DNA of 8,196 nucleotides from a virus (Duplodnaviria; Heunggongvirae; Uroviricota; Caudoviricetes): IMG/VR virus record IMGVR_UViG_2693429623_000015; one strand, 5' to 3'. Shown piece by piece: positions 1 to 5,843 of this stretch (position 1 is its first letter; each line of letters starts with the position of its first letter). The notes under the pieces were generated by a model. It saw only the letters and a program-made list of their open reading frames with translations, ran no database searches and was not told where the DNA came from. The position numbers and the translations under genes were made by a program.

Positions 1-84
1 GCCAAACTGCGATCGATTCAGATGCCATTTTGCAATCAGCGCCAGAACAGCAGCTGACAGGCCGTATTTGATTTTTGCGCTCAT
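1..84 (-). CDS. Endolysin (probable SAR-type lysozyme), N-terminal 28 codons only; gene runs off the window start
   Basis: ATG at 84..82 on minus strand; translation MSAKIKYGLSAAVLALIAKWHLNRSQFG. The Gly/Ala/Leu-rich weakly hydrophobic N-terminus resembles signal-arrest-release endolysins of lambdoid coliphages, and it lies directly downstream of holin and DUF1327 gene. No clear SD; call rests on synteny and N-terminal character. Confidence 0.45.
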   Translation of the reverse strand, partial: MSAKIKYGLSAAVLALIAKWHLNRSQFG

Positions 85-139
85 GGATATTTATCAGGAT
101 GCTACCAATGAAAGATACTGGAAAGCCAACTGCAAAAAG

Positions 140-454
140 CTAACAACCCGTAATCGAGTTATCAGAACTGTTAATTTTTATGGTATACCGCGCCTCTGAA
201 CAGGGGCGCGTTTCTGGCAACAGCTCGTCCCCTTCACATAACCCGGCAGCAACATCCAGGAAGACCTGTCTGATGCTCCTTCTGGCTGCTGCCTCATAAA
301 ACTCCAGCGCGGCACCTTCAACACGGTCCAGCGAGATGTCCAGGTCAAAAATTTCACCGTCAAAGCGTTTTTTGTCCCGTAACGCTAAAGTTACCGTAAC
401 TTTATTCTCAAAATTGCGGATCCCTTTCACAATCAGTTCATAGTTTTGAGTCAT
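140..454 (-). CDS. DUF1327-family phage protein (YdfR-like), lysis-cassette associated, function unknown
   Basis: 104-codon ORF with ATG at 454..452 and SD GGGGAGAG about 8 nt upstream. The holin stop codon lies inside this SD region. N-terminus MTQNYELIVKGIRNFENKVTVT...EGAALEFYEAAARRS matches my recollection of E. coli Qin-prophage YdfR (DUF1327), which sits between holin and lysozyme genes. Family assignment is from memory, not a search. Confidence 0.6.
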   Translation of the reverse strand: MTQNYELIVKGIRNFENKVTVTLALRDKKRFDGEIFDLDISLDRVEGAALEFYEAAARRSIRQVFLDVAAGLCEGDELLPETRPCSEARYTIKINSSDNSITGC

Positions 455-458
455 TGAA

Positions 459-674
459 TTACTCTCCCCGTGCAGCCTTACGACGGTCCTCTCTGATTTT
501 GAAATACAGGTTAGTCAGATATGTCAGCAGCCCAAACAGCAGACACCCCAGCACGCCTATTGCCGCCCACTGAGACGGGGAAACCCTGTCCAGCAACTGC
601 AGGAACCAGTAGCCCGTTCCCACCGCTGACGTGGTGTATGACACACCTGTTGTGATTTTTTCCATCTGGTACAT
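459..674 (-). CDS. S: Class II holin, phage 21 S21-type pinholin, with dual-start motif (Met1/Met4)
   Basis: 71-aa product [71 protein letters not shown]: two hydrophobic segments plus a basic C-terminal tail. SD GGGAG about 8 nt upstream of ATG at 674. M-Y-Q-M gives the two in-frame starts typical of holin/antiholin pairs. The track ORF extends to 752 but that extension overlaps a terminator hairpin and lacks an SD. Confidence 0.85.
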   Translation of the reverse strand: MYQMEKITTGVSYTTSAVGTGYWFLQLLDRVSPSQWAAIGVLGCLLFGLLTYLTNLYFKIREDRRKAARGE

Positions 675-709
675 ACCCCGTCTCCCGTTATCCGGAAGCT
701 GACAACAAT

Positions 710-739
710 AAAAAAAGCCACCAGTTAAGTACTGATGGC
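710..739 (-). terminator. Rho-independent terminator (minus strand) between nanS-p and holin
   Basis: On the minus-strand RNA: 8-bp GC-rich stem (717-724 pairing with 732-739, one G-U), 7-nt loop, then a U7 tract (710-716). On the plus strand the same hairpin is preceded, not followed, by the A-run, so it works only in the minus direction. Confidence 0.55.
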
Positions 740-824
740 TCTGATAACTCATGCAGGCATCTCAGACGACCCACTGACACTACCGGTGAGTTTAACGATA
801 CCTTCCATTTGGCTGGCTCACTTT

Positions 825-2678
825 TTATGATGATGCCGGTGCATTTATCTCCAGCACCAGACTTTCTATCTCAACGCCATACGCTGCATTTTTGGTAATA
901 TCCGTCAGCGTCAGCGCATTCAGCCCCAGTGTCAGACTGTCTTTTATGACCTGGAATGCCGGGCCAGCCACTCCATTCAGTTTCGGAGTAACCGTGGCAC
1001 TGCCGGCGGTGAACACCAGCTCCAGCGTCAGCCAGTCGTTACTGTAATTCCCGAACTCGCCCAACTTTGTGTTTCCTGCTTTCTTGTGATGCATCAGATT
1101 CAGTTTGCCGTCTGTGGTCTGGGTGAAGAACGACATCAGGAACGGGTTACCAGTCCCGGTCATCGCCACGACGTCAGGTAACGCTACATCGGTATACAGA
1201 TAAATTCCCAGACCGAACTGGTTGTTGGTCAGTGCGCCTGACAGTCGAAACTTACAGCTCAGTCTGCCACCCCGTGTCAGCAGGGAGACTGCGTCATCCA
1301 CCGGGCGCGTCAGGGACCAGGCTTTATTGCTCTGCTTGGTGATCTTAAATACACCATCTGACAACTGAACTCCGCCATTCTTAATGCTCCAGCCCTGCGC
1401 AGCAGCGTCTCCGGCTGTCGGCAACAGGGAGATTGTGCGTATGGATGCATCTTCAGACGGCCCCGATGGCGTGTCGCCGCCGGGCGAGGGTTTGATTTCC
1501 GGTGCCTTACCACTAATGAAGGCTAAGGTGCGACCGGCTACGTTCAGAATAGCAGTTGCCATACGATCGGGAATAATGCCACGACGCGCCCATGAGCTGA
1601 AATGCGTCGGGCGATTTGATGATACCCAGTTTTTGTTCGTTCGGGATGCCGAACCGTAATAACCAGACCCGGCAATATCAGGATCTTCTGACGGGTTGTT
1701 TGTCGGTGTATTAACTCCGCTACCATCGGTCATAAAGGGAACAAAATAAATCTGCTGGGATTCTTTACCTTTATATGCACCATATACCACTTCATATTGC
1801 GTACCGTGTTCTTGTTTCCACGCGTATGTCGTGTCGCCACAAATCCAGGGGACTGATGCCGGACTTCCACCGTGACACTGCGCCGCCAGCCCGGCAAGGT
1901 CAGCACGGAACTGCTGTACCATTGCAAGAAATGCTGCTGGCTGCTGGGCGTAACTGGCATTCGTCATATCGAATTCCCCCTGCATCCAGCATATCGCCAG
2001 CAAAACGTTTTTCGGGTTTTTCTGCAATGCTGCCTTCGTGCGGAAAAGCAGATCCTGATATAACGGCTTACCCACTCCCCAGCGAGCCGAATCCTGACTG
2101 GCCCCCGTGGACTCGCTGAATGTCCCCTCCGTGCCCTGGGTGAATGCCGAACCACCACAACAGCATGGTACCAGCAGGATCCCCGCATTATTAGGGATAT
2201 ACGGAAGCAGTTTTTTGGCAATATGTAAGCCCTGTCCGACACAGCCGTACTGCCCTTTGCTCAGGTCAGCCCGGGGATGGTTAATCGTACTCATATCCTG
2301 AACATCATGCAGACAATGGTCAGCAGGAATGATGTCGTTAAATACGCATACTTCACCACCGGGAGTCACTGTGTTACGACGGGCCAGTTGCTTAATGCGC
2401 GGATGGGGCGCATCGTATGAATCCGGAAGCGGAAGACCTTCACCGTAAGCCATGGCATTGGATTGCCCGGCCAGTACGATGACGTAGTACCACTCCGGCT
2501 CAGTTGCACCACTGACGACCACATCACCTTCTGCTGCAATCGCCTGCATCAGGGTATAAGGGGTTATGGCCACCGGACTACCAAACGGCTGCCAGCCCTC
2601 CTTCAGTTTTTGTGTCAGTCGTTTCGCAAGGTCTGACGGCGATGCCGCCCTGACCACGTCATAGTGTTTAAATGCCAT
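825..2678 (-). CDS. nanS-p: Prophage-encoded sialate O-acetylesterase NanS-p family (DUF1737 N-domain + SGNH/SASA esterase domain)
   Basis: 617-aa ORF. ATG at 2678..2676 with strong SD GGGAGGATTC directly upstream; TAA stop at 827..825. N-terminus MAFKHYDVVRAASPSDLAKRL... is DUF1737-like, followed by the SGNH block-I motif VIVLAGQSNAMAYG. Position immediately upstream of the holin matches nanS-p in EHEC lambdoid/Stx prophages. The track ORF 825..3482 is only a stop-to-stop extension through Ns. Confidence 0.9.
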   Translation of the reverse strand: MAFKHYDVVRAASPSDLAKRLTQKLKEGWQPFGSPVAITPYTLMQAIAAEGDVVVSGATEPEWYYVIVLAGQSNAMAYGEGLPLPDSYDAPHPRIKQLARRNTVTPGGEVCVFNDIIPADHCLHDVQDMSTINHPRADLSKGQYGCVGQGLHIAKKLLPYIPNNAGILLVPCCCGGSAFTQGTEGTFSESTGASQDSARWGVGKPLYQDLLFRTKAALQKNPKNVLLAICWMQGEFDMTNASYAQQPAAFLAMVQQFRADLAGLAAQCHGGSPASVPWICGDTTYAWKQEHGTQYEVVYGAYKGKESQQIYFVPFMTDGSGVNTPTNNPSEDPDIAGSGYYGSASRTNKNWVSSNRPTHFSSWARRGIIPDRMATAILNVAGRTLAFISGKAPEIKPSPGGDTPSGPSEDASIRTISLLPTAGDAAAQGWSIKNGGVQLSDGVFKITKQSNKAWSLTRPVDDAVSLLTRGGRLSCKFRLSGALTNNQFGLGIYLYTDVALPDVVAMTGTGNPFLMSFFTQTTDGKLNLMHHKKAGNTKLGEFGNYSNDWLTLELVFTAGSATVTPKLNGVAGPAFQVIKDSLTLGLNALTLTDITKNAAYGVEIESLVLEINAPASS

Positions 2679-2696
2679 GAATCCTCCCGGCCGGGA

Positions 2697-3470
2697 NNNN
2701 NNNNNNNNNNNNNNNNNNNNNNNNNNNNNNNNNNNNNNNNNNNNNNNNNNNNNNNNNNNNNNNNNNNNNNNNNNNNNNNNNNNNNNNNNNNNNNNNNNNN
2801 NNNNNNNNNNNNNNNNNNNNNNNNNNNNNNNNNNNNNNNNNNNNNNNNNNNNNNNNNNNNNNNNNNNNNNNNNNNNNNNNNNNNNNNNNNNNNNNNNNNN
2901 NNNNNNNNNNNNNNNNNNNNNNNNNNNNNNNNNNNNNNNNNNNNNNNNNNNNNNNNNNNNNNNNNNNNNNNNNNNNNNNNNNNNNNNNNNNNNNNNNNNN
3001 NNNNNNNNNNNNNNNNNNNNNNNNNNNNNNNNNNNNNNNNNNNNNNNNNNNNNNNNNNNNNNNNNNNNNNNNNNNNNNNNNNNNNNNNNNNNNNNNNNNN
3101 NNNNNNNNNNNNNNNNNNNNNNNNNNNNNNNNNNNNNNNNNNNNNNNNNNNNNNNNNNNNNNNNNNNNNNNNNNNNNNNNNNNNNNNNNNNNNNNNNNNN
3201 NNNNNNNNNNNNNNNNNNNNNNNNNNNNNNNNNNNNNNNNNNNNNNNNNNNNNNNNNNNNNNNNNNNNNNNNNNNNNNNNNNNNNNNNNNNNNNNNNNNN
3301 NNNNNNNNNNNNNNNNNNNNNNNNNNNNNNNNNNNNNNNNNNNNNNNNNNNNNNNNNNNNNNNNNNNNNNNNNNNNNNNNNNNNNNNNNNNNNNNNNNNN
3401 NNNNNNNNNNNNNNNNNNNNNNNNNNNNNNNNNNNNNNNNNNNNNNNNNNNNNNNNNNNNNNNNNNNNNN
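2697..3470. other. 774-nt run of N (unresolved or masked sequence) directly upstream of nanS-p start
   Basis: Contiguous n characters; no biological content can be read. All track ORFs across it are X-only artifacts. Confidence 1.
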
Positions 3471-3660
3471 TCTTTCCACCATCTGAAAAATAATTCTTTA
3501 AAATACCTGACATGTAATACAGAAAAAACACAAAACCATACCTTAAATAAAAACCTGATTATCAAGCAGATATGCATGGATAAACTACAAGACGAGATAT
3601 AAACCACCCTGCATTTAAATAAACAATAAACAACATCAGAAAAATAATTCTGCTCTATGG

Positions 3661-3689
3661 TTTACATTCAAAAATATCATTTATACTTT
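3661..3689 (+). promoter_or_regulatory. Candidate sigma70 promoter for the plus-strand cargo ORF
   Basis: TTTACA (3661-3666), 15-nt spacer, TATACT (3682-3687); alternative -10 TACTTT at 3684-3689 with 17-nt spacer. Lies in a 257-bp AT-rich tract about 40 nt upstream of the ORF's SD. Sequence match only. Confidence 0.3.
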
Positions 3690-3727
3690 TCAGAACATCA
3701 CCAGCAAGGCATAAACAAGGAAACTAA

Positions 3728-4063
3728 ATGAAGTGGATTGTGATTGATACAGTTATCCAGCCATCATGCGGAATATCTTTTTCAGTCATATGGAGTAAAA
3801 TAAAATTAATAATCTGGTATCAATCGGATGCTTTCTTACCTCCTGAAAGTATATTTACACTGACTCACACAGGCATCATGCTCAATAACAAAGTGCTACC
3901 TGTAACCATTTACAACGTAGTACCATTCAATAAAACATTCTGGAATTCAATCAAAAATAGCCAGGAATGCCCTACAAATACAGATAACGTATTGAATGAA
4001 TGCTTTAATAACCGTTGCACTCTGCAAATATGTCCTTATGGACTAAAACAACAAAGTCCATAA
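3728..4063 (+). CDS. Hypothetical AT-rich small protein (111 aa), hydrophobic N-terminus and four C-terminal Cys; candidate moron/cargo gene, no family recognised
   Basis: ATG at 3728 with SD AAGGA about 7 nt upstream; 111 codons open in DNA of roughly one-third GC, where stop codons are frequent. It is opposite in orientation to the phage late operon. Product [30 protein letters not shown]... with Cys at 81, 92, 97 and 102. Confidence 0.45.
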   Translation: MKWIVIDTVIQPSCGISFSVIWSKIKLIIWYQSDAFLPPESIFTLTHTGIMLNNKVLPVTIYNVVPFNKTFWNSIKNSQECPTNTDNVLNECFNNRCTLQICPYGLKQQSP

Positions 4064-4100
4064 GGAGTTTACTCACATCTGACAAAATCAATATAAACAG

Positions 4101-4156
4101 CCCCTCCGGAGAGGGGCTGGAGAGTGGCGCTATGTGCCATTGCATGGTGCCGGGTG
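4101..4156. repeat. Direct repeat copy 1 (56 bp) carrying a GC hairpin CCCCTC-CGGA-GAGGGG; truncated by N-run at 4157
   Basis: Near-identical to 4346-4400 apart from a 1-nt indel and 1 substitution. On the minus strand the hairpin is followed by a U-rich tract (CUGUUUAUAUUGAUUUUGUC), so it is terminator-like in the late-transcript direction. Confidence 0.6.
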
Positions 4157-4236
4157 NNNNNNNNNNNNNNNNNNNNNNNNNNNNNNNNNNNNNNNNNNNN
4201 NNNNNNNNNNNNNNNNNNNNNNNNNNNNNNNNNNNN
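4157..4236. other. 80-nt run of N between the two hairpin-repeat copies
   Basis: Contiguous n characters. Confidence 1.
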
Positions 4237-4345
4237 ATACGCCCTGCCTGCTGACAGGCTTTCATCACATCTGAAAATATAGCACCCTGACTGATACTGT
4301 AGTACCTAAGGTTCCAGAAACTGTGATGTATCCGGCACAGAAAAG

Positions 4346-4400
4346 CCCCTCCGGAGAGGGCTGGAGAGTGGCGCTATGTGCCATTGCATGATGCCGGGTG
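4346..4400. repeat. Direct repeat copy 2 (55 bp) with GC hairpin, followed by a second small hairpin CCGGG-TGCCT-CCCGG
   Basis: Sequence cccctccggagagggctggagagtggcgctatgtgccattgcatgatgccgggtg matches 4101-4156. On the minus strand the hairpin is followed by CUUUUCUGUG. Confidence 0.6.
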
Positions 4401-4487
4401 CCTCCCGGTGAATTCAGTACCAGCACCTGAATCCGCGATTATCCCATATACCTACTCGCTGATTGCCCCTCCGCACAGGGGGATTCA

Positions 4488-4566
4488 CCATGCCAGTTTC
4501 TTTTAACAAACTCCCCGCAAAACAGACAACTGTCAACCGTCTGAATTGTGAGACATTTAAAAAAAA
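4488..4566. repeat. About 78-bp direct repeat, copy a, flanking tRNA-Arg copy 2 on its 3' side (minus-strand sense)
   Basis: ccatgccagtttcttttaacaaactccccgcaaaacagacaactgtcaaccgtctgaattgtgagacatttaaaaaa is about 92% identical to 4717-4795. Confidence 0.7.
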
Positions 4567-4583
4567 GGCCCGCAAAAGCGAGC
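4559..4583 (-). terminator. Strong rho-independent terminator immediately downstream of tRNA-Arg copy 2 (minus strand)
   Basis: Minus-strand RNA: GGCUCGC-UUUU-GCGGGCC (7-bp stem with one G-U, 4-nt loop) followed by U7. It starts about 15 nt after the tRNA 3' CCA. Confidence 0.6.
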
Positions 4584-4597
4584 CAGGGAAAATAAGT

Positions 4598-4674
4598 GTG
4601 GCGCGTTGTACTGGATTCGAACCAGTGACCGATTGCTTAGAAGGCAATTGCTCTGTCCGGCTGAGCTAACAACG
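4598..4674 (-). tRNA. argN: tRNA-Arg (anticodon UCU), copy 2, argN-like phage tRNA
   Basis: Reverse complement GCGTTGTTAGCTCAGCCGGACAGAGCAATTGCCTTCTAAGCAATCGGTCACTGGTTCGAATCCAGTACAACGCGCCA: 77 nt, perfect 7-bp acceptor stem, anticodon loop CUUCUAA, GGTTCGAATCC T-arm, 3' CCA. Differs from copy 1 by one acceptor-stem base. Confidence 0.9.
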
Positions 4675-4716
4675 CATGATGCAGATAATGGACCGCCATC
4701 GGGGACTTGAACCCCN

Positions 4717-4795
4717 CCATGCCAGTTTCTTTTAACAAACTCCCCGCAAACCAGACAACAGTCAACCGCCTGAATTGTGAAGTATTTAAAAATTT
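4717..4795. repeat. About 78-bp direct repeat, copy b, on the 5' side of tRNA-Arg copy 2; an ambiguous base at 4716 lies at its boundary
   Basis: ccatgccagtttcttttaacaaactccccgcaaaccagacaacagtcaaccgcctgaattgtgaagtatttaaaaatt matches 4488-4566. Confidence 0.7.
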
Positions 4796-4983
4796 CTCCC
4801 GCTAACTGATACCCGGCTAACAGTCTGGCGTTTTCTTTTTCAGCAACGGGAAAGCAACAACCACCACACCCGCCACCAGCACACCGTCAGCCAGCACTGA
4901 CATTATCCGGCTGCTGCAATGCCATTCACAAAAACAGTAAGCAATCACTTTTTACCGTAACAGGTGATAATCCAGATATGTAT

Positions 4984-5337
4984 CTACCCCAGATGAGTAA
5001 TCCGAAGTTCATCCATACCACAGGTCCTGGCTATTCTGTTGTACTCCTGAACAAGAGCAAATAATTCTGAATTAGCAACCATGAACTCATCGCAAACCCT
5101 CTGTATAGCATCACTATTCAGAATAATAACGTCTCTTCCCGAAAGACGATCAGGAGTACAGAACAAAACTGTCAAACGGCTGAAGGCCTTTGCTCGTGCT
5201 GCATTGACTATATCAATACGCTGCCTAAGGATGAAACACCCCGACGCCTCATCAATATTCACTCTACCCACACCATATGAATGATAAATATTTAATGCTG
5301 AAAAAACCATTAGACCGTATAACAAACACTCAATCAA
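4984..5337 (-). CDS. Hypothetical ORF (117 codons) between the two tRNA-Arg copies; weak translation signals
   Basis: Open frame on the late-transcript strand, but the first codon is TTG and the first ATG (5310) has no convincing SD. The sequence is not low-complexity and no family is recognised. Could be a decayed gene. Confidence 0.25.
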   Translation of the reverse strand: MIECLLYGLMVFSALNIYHSYGVGRVNIDEASGCFILRQRIDIVNAARAKAFSRLTVLFCTPDRLSGRDVIILNSDAIQRVCDEFMVANSELFALVQEYNRIARTCGMDELRITHLG

Positions 5338-5447
5338 TACTTAACAGAACTTTTATTTTTGACAAACATAAAATATTTTCAACAATATCCTGAGCCAGGT
5401 ATATTTCAGTATAAGGCTCTGCCGGAAGGAATCTGGAAGAATGAATA

Positions 5448-5524
5448 TGGCGCGCTGTACTGGATTCGAACCAGTGACCGATTGCTTAGAAGGCAATTGC
5501 TCTGTCCGGCTGAGCTAACAACGC
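5448..5524 (-). tRNA. argN: tRNA-Arg (anticodon UCU), copy 1, argN-like phage tRNA
   Basis: Reverse complement GCGTTGTTAGCTCAGCCGGACAGAGCAATTGCCTTCTAAGCAATCGGTCACTGGTTCGAATCCAGTACAGCGCGCCA: 77 nt, acceptor stem with one G-U pair, anticodon UCU, 3' CCA. Confidence 0.9.
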
Positions 5525-5624
5525 TGAATACCGATAATGGACCGCCATCGGGGACCCGCCCCCGCACCAACAACCCTGTTATCGTGTCGTCTGCTCTTCC
5601 TGATAAGCTAATGGCGGTTTGTGA

Positions 5625-5700
5625 TGGTGGCCCTTGCTGGATTTGAACCAGCGACCTGGCGATTATGAGTCGCTCGCTCTCACCACTGAGCTAAAGGGCC
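5625..5700 (-). tRNA. ileZ: tRNA-Ile2-like (anticodon CAU), ileZ-like phage tRNA (Met identity not excluded from sequence alone)
   Basis: Reverse complement GGCCCTTTAGCTCAGTGGTGAGAGCGAGCGACTCATAATCGCCAGGTCGCTGGTTCAAATCCAGCAAGGGCCACCA: 76 nt, 7-bp acceptor stem, anticodon loop ACUCAUAAU, 3' CCA. Closely resembles E. coli ileX-type tRNA as I recall it. First tRNA downstream of Q/tR', as in Stx phages. Confidence 0.85.
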
Positions 5701-5739
5701 GGGAGCAGAATAATAACGGTCCGTAATTAATTCCGCAAT

Positions 5740-5763
5740 AAAAAACCCGCTCGGCGGCGGGTT
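5740..5763 (-). terminator. tR'-like rho-independent terminator downstream of the late promoter
   Basis: Minus-strand RNA: CCCGC-CGCCGA-GCGGG hairpin followed by U6 (forward A-run 5740-5745). It lies about 40 nt downstream of the predicted pause element and about 40 nt upstream of tRNA-Ile. Confidence 0.6.
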
Positions 5764-5798
5764 GTAGAAACTCTTCTAACGTCAGGCATAAAACGCCC

Positions 5799-5838
5799 AT
5801 CGTTATGACGAATTTACCACAGATTCCGGAAAAATCAA
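5799..5838 (-). promoter_or_regulatory. pR'-like late promoter with sigma70-dependent promoter-proximal pause element (Q engagement site)
   Basis: Minus strand: -35 TTGATT (5838..5833), 16-nt spacer, -10 TAAATT (5816..5811), 6 nt, then AACGAT-GGG (5804..5796). The TAAATT-N6-AACGATGGG arrangement matches the lambda pR' -10 and pause-inducing -10-like element as I recall it. It begins 5 nt after the Q stop codon. Confidence 0.6.
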
Positions 5839-5843
5839 CCTTG

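Noticed and set aside
178-363. 61-aa ORF in an alternative frame within the DUF1327 gene
   Set aside because: Same strand, overlapping frame, no SD. The 140..454 frame has the SD and the recognisable product.
459-752. Extended 97-aa version of the holin ORF starting at 752
   Set aside because: The extra 26 codons ([26 protein letters not shown]) overlap the terminator hairpin at 710-739 and have no SD. The internal start at 674 has a GGGAG SD and gives the 71-aa dual-start pinholin.
1310-2301. Small ORFs on both strands inside nanS-p (1310..1513, 1384..1659, 1544..1726, 1730..1960, 1775..2119, 1872..2063, 1964..2242, 2107..2301)
   Set aside because: All are nested within or antisense to the well-supported nanS-p frame and lack translation signals.
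825-3482. 885-aa track ORF extending nanS-p through the N-run
   Set aside because: Stop-to-stop artifact through 774 undetermined bases. The real start is the ATG at 2678 with a strong SD.
2615-3607. Track ORFs 2615..3607, 2664..3602, 2668..3531 and 2677..3486 spanning the N-run
   Set aside because: Almost entirely X. Only short AT-rich stubs are readable, so no coding call can be supported.
4005-4268. ORFs 4005..4268 (-) and 4015..4254 (+) crossing the 80-nt N-run
   Set aside because: They span the hairpin repeats and undetermined bases. The readable parts coincide with repeat and terminator-like structure rather than coding sequence.
4414-4669. ORFs 4414..4647 (-) and 4463..4669 (+) overlapping tRNA-Arg copy 2 and its flanking repeat
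   Set aside because: They overlap a confidently identified tRNA and terminator and are most likely chance frames.
2697-4700. Shiga toxin genes stxA/stxB expected at this position by synteny
   Set aside because: No readable ORF in the slot resembles StxA or StxB as I recall them. Absence cannot be fully asserted because 774 nt are undetermined, but that span is shorter than a complete stxAB operon (about 1.2 kb).
5081-5646. Plus-strand ORFs 5081..5284 and 5359..5646
   Set aside because: 5359..5646 runs antisense through tRNA-Arg copy 1 and into tRNA-Ile. 5081..5284 is antisense to the 117-codon minus ORF and has no SD.
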